NCBI GenBank assembly: GCA_051003195.1
Contig: JBPCLP010000043.1
Coordinates: 1-64,000, forward strand
Length of the DNA stretch: 64,000 bases
Origin: Candidatus Sumerlaeaceae bacterium
GTDB taxonomy: Bacteria > Sumerlaeota > Sumerlaeia > Sumerlaeales > Sumerlaeaceae
Direction of reading: 5' to 3'
Each line of letters starts with the position of its first letter. The stretch's first letter is position 1. Made by a program: the position numbers and the translations under genes. This document shows positions 58,835-64,000 of the stretch, piece by piece. Below the pieces are notes generated by a model. That model was not told the origin of the DNA, did no database searches, and was given only the letters and a program-made list of their open reading frames with translations.

Positions 58835-60670
58835 CTATTCCACAGTCACGCTCTTAGCCAGGTTTCTTGGTTGATCCACATCTTTGCCGTTCATCACAGC
58901 AATGTGGTAGGCAAGCAACTGGAGCGGGATGACGCTGATGATCGGCTCCAGTATCTCCGGCACCTCCGGCAATTCGATCGAGCAATGCGCCCGGCCTGCC
59001 GTTTCTTCGTCATCACGTGTACACAAGGCAATCACTTTACCGTTTCGCGCGCGGATCTCCTGGATGTTGCTCACAATTTTCTCGTGCGTGTGATCCCTCG
59101 GCGCAATTACCACGATGGGCATGGCCTCGTCGATCAGCGCAATCGGGCCGTGTTTCATTTCCGCGGCGGGATAACCCTCCGCATGTATGTAGGAAATTTC
59201 CTTCAGTTTTAAAGCGCCTTCGAGCGCGACGGGGAAATTAAATCCTCTTCCCAGGTAGAGGAAGTTTTTTGCATTCCTGAACTCGGCTGCGATTCGACGC
59301 ACCTGCGGCTCGCACTCCAGCGTTTCCCTGATTAGCCTGGGGGCGTCCTGCATCGCCGCGAGCACTTCGATTCCCCGGGCAAGGCTCAGCCGACGCTGCC
59401 GCCCGAGTAGTGTCGCAATCAATGTTAACACCGCAATCTGTGCAGTGAACGCCTTGGTGCTCGCAACGCCGATCTCGGGGCCGGCCTTTGTGAATACTCC
59501 CGCATCAGTTTCCCGAGCAATCGAACTGCCCGGAACGTTGCAGATACCAATCACCGTCGCGCCTTTGGTCCTGGCCTCCCGCAAAGCAGCCAGGGTGTCG
59601 GCCGTCTCTCCGCTCTGGCTGATGACGATCAGCAGCGTTCGCTCATCAATGAGTGGATTGCGGTAACGTAGTTCACTCGCGTAATCCACCTCGGTCGGAA
59701 TTTCGGCAAGTTCCTCGATCAGGTATTCGCCCACCAGGCCGGCGTGCCACGAAGTGCCGCATGCGGTGATCACTACCCGGTCCGTGCGGCGAAGCTGCTT
59801 TTCGACATCGCGAAGGCCGCCCAGGCGCGGAATGCCTTCTTTAAGGTCAATGCGCCCCGCCAGCGTGTTTTCAATCGACGTCGGCTGCTCGTGAATTTCC
59901 TTTAGCATGAAATGCGGAAAGTCGCCTTTTTCCGCGGCCAGGACTTCAATGGCCAGCTCCTGCACGTCCGGCTCGACTTCGACACGCGACGCGTCCAGGA
60001 CTTTTACACCATCCTGGGTAAGTACAGCCAGCTCGCCATCTTTGAGAAATATCACACCGCCCTCGGGGTTGATGAGCGCCTGTGCATCACTGGCCAACAG
60101 GCTTGCGCCATCGGCCGAACGTGCTATGACCAGGGGCGAGCCGCGCCGAGCTGCCACAATTTTGCCTGGCTCACGCGCAGAGATCACGGCAATCCCATAA
60201 GCCCCGCTTAATTCACGCAGCGCCTCGGCGACCGCATCCTCGAGTGGGCCCCCGTCCGCATAAAAGCGCTCGATCAGATGCGCGATGACCTCGGTGTCGG
60301 TTTCCGAGGTGAATCGGTGTCCCTCACCTTCGAGGACCCGGCGCAGTGCCGTGTAGTTCTCGATGATGCCGTTGTGCACCAGGGCTAAATCGCCGCTGCA
60401 ATCACGGTGCGGATGCGCGTTATCCTCTGTCGCGCCTCCATGGGTTGCCCATCGAGTATGGCCGATGCCACAGCAACCGTTCAATCCCGCCGCCTGTACG
60501 GCTTCCGCCAGCACGTTTACTTTGCCTGGGCGGCGCAACACATTCAGCCGATGGTCGGTCTCAATCGCAAGCCCGGCAGAGTCGTAGCCACGGTATTCAA
60601 GCCGGCGCAGCCCTGCCAGCAAAGTGTCAGCGCAATCTACCAATCCGGTAAACCCAACAATTCCACACAT
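58835..60670 (-). CDS. glmS: Glutamine--fructose-6-phosphate aminotransferase
   Basis: MCGIVG, LEYRGYDSAG, GHTRWATHG, SQSGETADT, PRNLAKSVTVE. Confidence 0.98.
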   Translation of the reverse strand: MCGIVGFTGLVDCADTLLAGLRRLEYRGYDSAGLAIETDHRLNVLRRPGKVNVLAEAVQAAGLNGCCGIGHTRWATHGGATEDNAHPHRDCSGDLALVHNGIIENYTALRRVLEGEGHRFTSETDTEVIAHLIERFYADGGPLEDAVAEALRELSGAYGIAVISAREPGKIVAARRGSPLVIARSADGASLLASDAQALINPEGGVIFLKDGELAVLTQDGVKVLDASRVEVEPDVQELAIEVLAAEKGDFPHFMLKEIHEQPTSIENTLAGRIDLKEGIPRLGGLRDVEKQLRRTDRVVITACGTSWHAGLVGEYLIEELAEIPTEVDYASELRYRNPLIDERTLLIVISQSGETADTLAALREARTKGATVIGICNVPGSSIARETDAGVFTKAGPEIGVASTKAFTAQIAVLTLIATLLGRQRRLSLARGIEVLAAMQDAPRLIRETLECEPQVRRIAAEFRNAKNFLYLGRGFNFPVALEGALKLKEISYIHAEGYPAAEMKHGPIALIDEAMPIVVIAPRDHTHEKIVSNIQEIRARNGKVIALCTRDDEETAGRAHCSIELPEVPEILEPIISVIPLQLLAYHIAVMNGKDVDQPRNLAKSVTVE

Positions 60671-60726
60671 GAAGAACACGCACCTCGATCACAGGAATCC
60701 CGCGCCATAAGGGAGCAATTTTCGGG

Positions 60727-60823
60727 CTAGTGTGCCGAATCAATAGTTCCTTACCAGACCAAAAGGCAAACTTACCCTCGATTCGGCACACAGAACTGAT
60801 TACGACTAACGGTAAACCACCCC
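60727..60823 (+). repeat. Full copy of the dispersed hairpin repeat
   Basis: Perfect 12-bp arms GTGTGCCGAATC (60730-60741) and GATTCGGCACAC (60780-60791), plus the conserved tail to ACCACCCC. Confidence 0.9.
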
Positions 60824-60889
60824 AGGTTATTGGCCGTTAACTAAAAGGGGGTGGTGTGGTCTCTCAGCTGGGGCTTTGTGTACTCTCAG

Positions 60890-63727
60890 CTAGGGCTTTT
60901 TGATCCACATTGGACTGGTCCACGCCATCTCGTCGTCAGTCTGGATCACCCGAATATAGTACCATTGCTCACCACTTAGCGATGCCCACTGCGGATCTGT
61001 CCAGTCCAGCCGGAACTCCTTCACATTGAGTGGCTGCTCAGTGCTGCCTGCAGCGTGCAGTATCTCGGAACGGCCAATCACCTCAACCGATCGGATCGGC
61101 GCAGAACCACGAACATAGATGCTGATAGGTGGGGCAGAGGCCGAAGACCATTCCTCGCCCATCCAGTGGTTGCCGCTGCGCACGTCTGCCACCAGGCCAT
61201 AGGTAGTACTGCCGTAGCAGCGACGATCCCAAATGGATTGCCAGACCGACTCACGCGTGTTTGTAGTCGCGTACGTACAGGCGTATGCGCAGCCGTAGCC
61301 ATGATCGCTGCTGCAGATGATTCCCATTTTGTAACCCTTCTCGAGGCCTTTCCAGTAAAATCCGGACTTGTTCTTCGCGTTGCCGTGCTGCCGCGGGCAG
61401 CCGTCATACTCATAACTTCCCCGGCACGACTGGAAGATCTCACACACGCGCTGGTAGCGGTCGTCGTGCGCGTTCCAGTTGGTTCCCATTCCGGGATCGG
61501 CAGTGGTATGCGGCGCGGTAATCGCCTTGTATCCGCCAGCGGCAAGCAGGTCCCATCCGCCGCGCATGGTACTCGCCGCTCCAATCTTGCCGTTGATCTT
61601 CAGGTTATTCCGTGTGGCAAAAATCGCGTTATGATGCCCGTGCGGGAATACCATGGACCATTCATAATTATAAAGAACGCTAAGCGCTCCCGGAATGTTG
61701 TACAGATCCGCGGTCTTCTGCTGTTTCCACCAGTAAAAATCGGTGGTGTGCTCGGCATGGTCCGACAGTGCCAGGAAGTCGTACAAATTGATATCAATGC
61801 CGTAGCGGTATAAATCGTCCGGAGATGGTTCTGTCCCTACGCTGCATCGCGAGACATTGGAGTGGCGATGCGTGTCACCCCAGTAGAGCTGGTAAATCGC
61901 GTCATTCAGTGAGACCTGGTGCCGCCCGGTTTCGCGCGTCAGCCGCGTATCTACCGCGCGATCTGCGGGTTTTTCCTCAGCAGGCATGCTCGTAGCCGGC
62001 GCGATATCGGAGGCAGCCTGGGTTTTTCCGAGTGTGGCGAGGTACAAATCGCCGTCCCATCCAAGAAAATTGTCGAAATCGTGATGGTGATCATACGCCT
62101 CTTCGATTGCCGATGGGCTTCCGGCGCTTGTAGGTGTTGTCACTCCTTCGTGTCTGGTGTGATAACTGATGTTGCTGGTCATGGAGCGGCGGTGCTCTGA
62201 CGTATACGCGACACGCACACCGTCAGCTCCGGCAAATACGCCCGGCTCTTCCAGGTATCCGTCACTCTCCGTGAAGCTCACAGGCGGCTGCCACTTTCCC
62301 CCACGGAAAGCGCGCCCATGCAGCTCCCAATAGTACCCCGCATTGGATCCCGGCTCGCCCCAGGCGGGACTGGTTTGTACCAGCATCCGATAGATGATCC
62401 ACGGCACACCATCTGCACCCACGCAGATTTTTGCGAGCGCGCGATGAGCAAACTTGTAACCCGTTGGCGCGGTGATTTCCTCGCGTGGGTTTCCCGGTAT
62501 GCGCACGTTATCGCCGTCGAGCATGCGAACTTCGATGCCGCTCCACTTTGCACGGTCACCATGTTCCGGCTCGGGTCCAGTCGTGATGCTATCTTTAAGA
62601 TTTGCTCCGGTAATTGTGGTGCGGCCGCTGTAGCCATGCGCGCCGATTTGCACGCTGTCCCAGCTCAGCCACACCTTGCCGTCGGGCGCAGCGGACAGCC
62701 ACGGGTGCATATCATAATTCCCGCGCGCCGAAATGCGGCGCGGTGTTCCGCCATTCCCGGTCGCGTCAAGATGCGCGACATACACATCGTAGTCGCCATG
62801 ATCAAACGCACTCCATGTGACATGTAGATTACCGGCCTTATCGTATGCGGCAGCCGCATCCCATTGATCCATTCCGGTGCTGCCAAGGTTTGTTGGCTCC
62901 GAAAGCGTGCCATTAGCCAGGCGTCGTACTTCGATCGCGTAATTGGTGTCGCGGTGCACCTGGTACACAATCGCCAGCTCCCCGTCTTTACCTGTCGCGA
63001 TTTCGGGGTTCTGGTGCGCCGCTGTTTCCTGCGGGAGCAGGCGCTGTCCTTCGCCCCAGGTGCCGTTGCTGAATTTGGCAAACCAGATGGACGCCAGCTG
63101 CATTTCATTTGTGCTCGTCCAGACGCAGTAGACATCCTGCCCAGCGGCCGCGATTACCGGGCGAATGAATTGTCCGCGCTTGCCGGAAATCACTTTCCAG
63201 TTCACCAGGCGCTGGCGAGCCGCTCCGCCCCGTACCAGCATTGCCATCACTTCATCCTGCTTGTCCGGTGAGTATCGCACCCATGCGATATAAGTGTCAC
63301 CAGACGGCGTCTCGGTGACTGAGGGTTGAGAGTCGTAGTCACTGCCCGTCGTTAGCTTCATTGCATTAACCGGCGGAAGCAGCGCCGGCGGTTCGCTACT
63401 TACCTTCGGATTTGCCCGTTTGCCCTTGCGAGGCTGCAGCGCCTGCTGTTGCACGTCGGCTTCGCCAGTCTGTTCCGCGGGGGAAAGTGTATCCGTGGCC
63501 GTGCTGGTGTTGGACGAAGTGGACGGACTCGCGACCAAAACCTCGGGCGACGCCAAACCATTTTGTGCCGGCAGCCTCTTCTTAGCCTTTCCCTTTTTGC
63601 CCGCCCCTTTGCCTTTTCTTGGACCGCCATTGGTTGTCGTGGGAGTGGGTTGCTGCGCGAGAACTGCTTCGATGCCACCGATACAAAAACAACCGACGAC
63701 CAGCCAAACCAGCAATCGAACGCGCAT
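60890..63727 (-). CDS. Secreted protein: beta-propeller-like N-region plus PHP-like (DUF3604/CehA-McbA type) metallohydrolase
   Basis: Signal peptide, AAGGAG RBS, YWGDTHRHS, SDH, GHHN, PHT, SSDH, YYIRVIQTD..MAWTSPMW. Confidence 0.75.
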   Translation of the reverse strand: MRVRLLVWLVVGCFCIGGIEAVLAQQPTPTTTNGGPRKGKGAGKKGKAKKRLPAQNGLASPEVLVASPSTSSNTSTATDTLSPAEQTGEADVQQQALQPRKGKRANPKVSSEPPALLPPVNAMKLTTGSDYDSQPSVTETPSGDTYIAWVRYSPDKQDEVMAMLVRGGAARQRLVNWKVISGKRGQFIRPVIAAAGQDVYCVWTSTNEMQLASIWFAKFSNGTWGEGQRLLPQETAAHQNPEIATGKDGELAIVYQVHRDTNYAIEVRRLANGTLSEPTNLGSTGMDQWDAAAAYDKAGNLHVTWSAFDHGDYDVYVAHLDATGNGGTPRRISARGNYDMHPWLSAAPDGKVWLSWDSVQIGAHGYSGRTTITGANLKDSITTGPEPEHGDRAKWSGIEVRMLDGDNVRIPGNPREEITAPTGYKFAHRALAKICVGADGVPWIIYRMLVQTSPAWGEPGSNAGYYWELHGRAFRGGKWQPPVSFTESDGYLEEPGVFAGADGVRVAYTSEHRRSMTSNISYHTRHEGVTTPTSAGSPSAIEEAYDHHHDFDNFLGWDGDLYLATLGKTQAASDIAPATSMPAEEKPADRAVDTRLTRETGRHQVSLNDAIYQLYWGDTHRHSNVSRCSVGTEPSPDDLYRYGIDINLYDFLALSDHAEHTTDFYWWKQQKTADLYNIPGALSVLYNYEWSMVFPHGHHNAIFATRNNLKINGKIGAASTMRGGWDLLAAGGYKAITAPHTTADPGMGTNWNAHDDRYQRVCEIFQSCRGSYEYDGCPRQHGNAKNKSGFYWKGLEKGYKMGIICSSDHGYGCAYACTYATTNTRESVWQSIWDRRCYGSTTYGLVADVRSGNHWMGEEWSSASAPPISIYVRGSAPIRSVEVIGRSEILHAAGSTEQPLNVKEFRLDWTDPQWASLSGEQWYYIRVIQTDDEMAWTSPMWIKKP

Positions 63728-63802
63728 GACAGCTCCTTGAATGAAAACGTATGAAGACATCCTAAAGCGAGAGTTTGCCAAACGCGGCTGTGAACACAAT
63801 TC

Positions 63803-63818
63803 TTAGTGTGCCGAATCA
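63803..63818 (+). repeat. Isolated arm of the dispersed repeat
   Basis: TTAGTGTGCCGAATCA, 15-nt identity to the start of the 60727 copy; overlaps a TGA stop on the minus strand. Confidence 0.65.
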
Positions 63819-64000
63819 GGGCTGAGCAGGATCTTGTTTTGTCCGACTCTCAAGAAACCGCATGTTCTCGATAAGCACGAACATCCCAATCCCTATAATC
63901 GCGACAAGAGCAAGCGTCGCCTTGGCTTCAAGCCTTTGAAGCACGTAGGCCGTCACCCCAAAATACGCAGTAATGTAGTAAAACGTGAAGAGTGTTCGGC
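63816..64000 (-). CDS. 3' end of a membrane protein running off the window
   Basis: Own translation: RTLFTFYYITAYFGVTAYVLQRLEAKATLALVAIIGIGMFVLIENMRFLESRTKQDPAQP*, with two hydrophobic segments. Confidence 0.55.
   Translation of the reverse strand, partial: RTLFTFYYITAYFGVTAYVLQRLEAKATLALVAIIGIGMFVLIENMRFLESRTKQDPAQP

Noticed and set aside
60671..60889. glmS ribozyme upstream of glmS
   Set aside because: No recognisable catalytic-core sequence; the space is taken by the dispersed repeat. An Infernal search would be definitive.

Overview
A bacterial chromosomal window of moderately high GC from a diderm (lpxB, secretin). Protein style, especially a repeated 'YS.GPD...YDPTNGTVS.GD' pilin-tail motif, tentatively suggests Ca. 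Sumerlaeota (BRC1) or a relative; this is inference only. It starts with about 900 bp of gene-poor DNA containing an IS3 transposase remnant and short iterated repeats. It then encodes an M16 peptidase pair, a yqjD/yqjE/DUF3618-like operon behind a consensus sigma-54 promoter, a GnnA-like oxidoreductase with lpxB, pilMNO-pilP-like-pilQ, an amidohydrolase, a membrane protein with two pseudopilin-like tails, mog and glnA. Next is a cell-surface glycosylation cluster with three paralogous GT-C transferases carrying CBM-like domains, a flippase-like protein, a methyltransferase, a GT4 and a GT2. The rest holds msrA, an AmpG-like permease with two large insertions, a VIT/vWA protein, a GH127 fragment, two-component genes, nadC, an FHA protein, a hydantoinase-like protein, an NtrC-type activator, glmS and a secreted PHP-like metallohydrolase. 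The most notable non-coding signals are a dispersed ~100-bp hairpin repeat (4 full copies, 2-3 partial) that often begins exactly at a stop codon, and a candidate ECF-sigma-driven sRNA at about 38129-38252. No CRISPR array, rRNA, tRNA or intact mobile element was seen.
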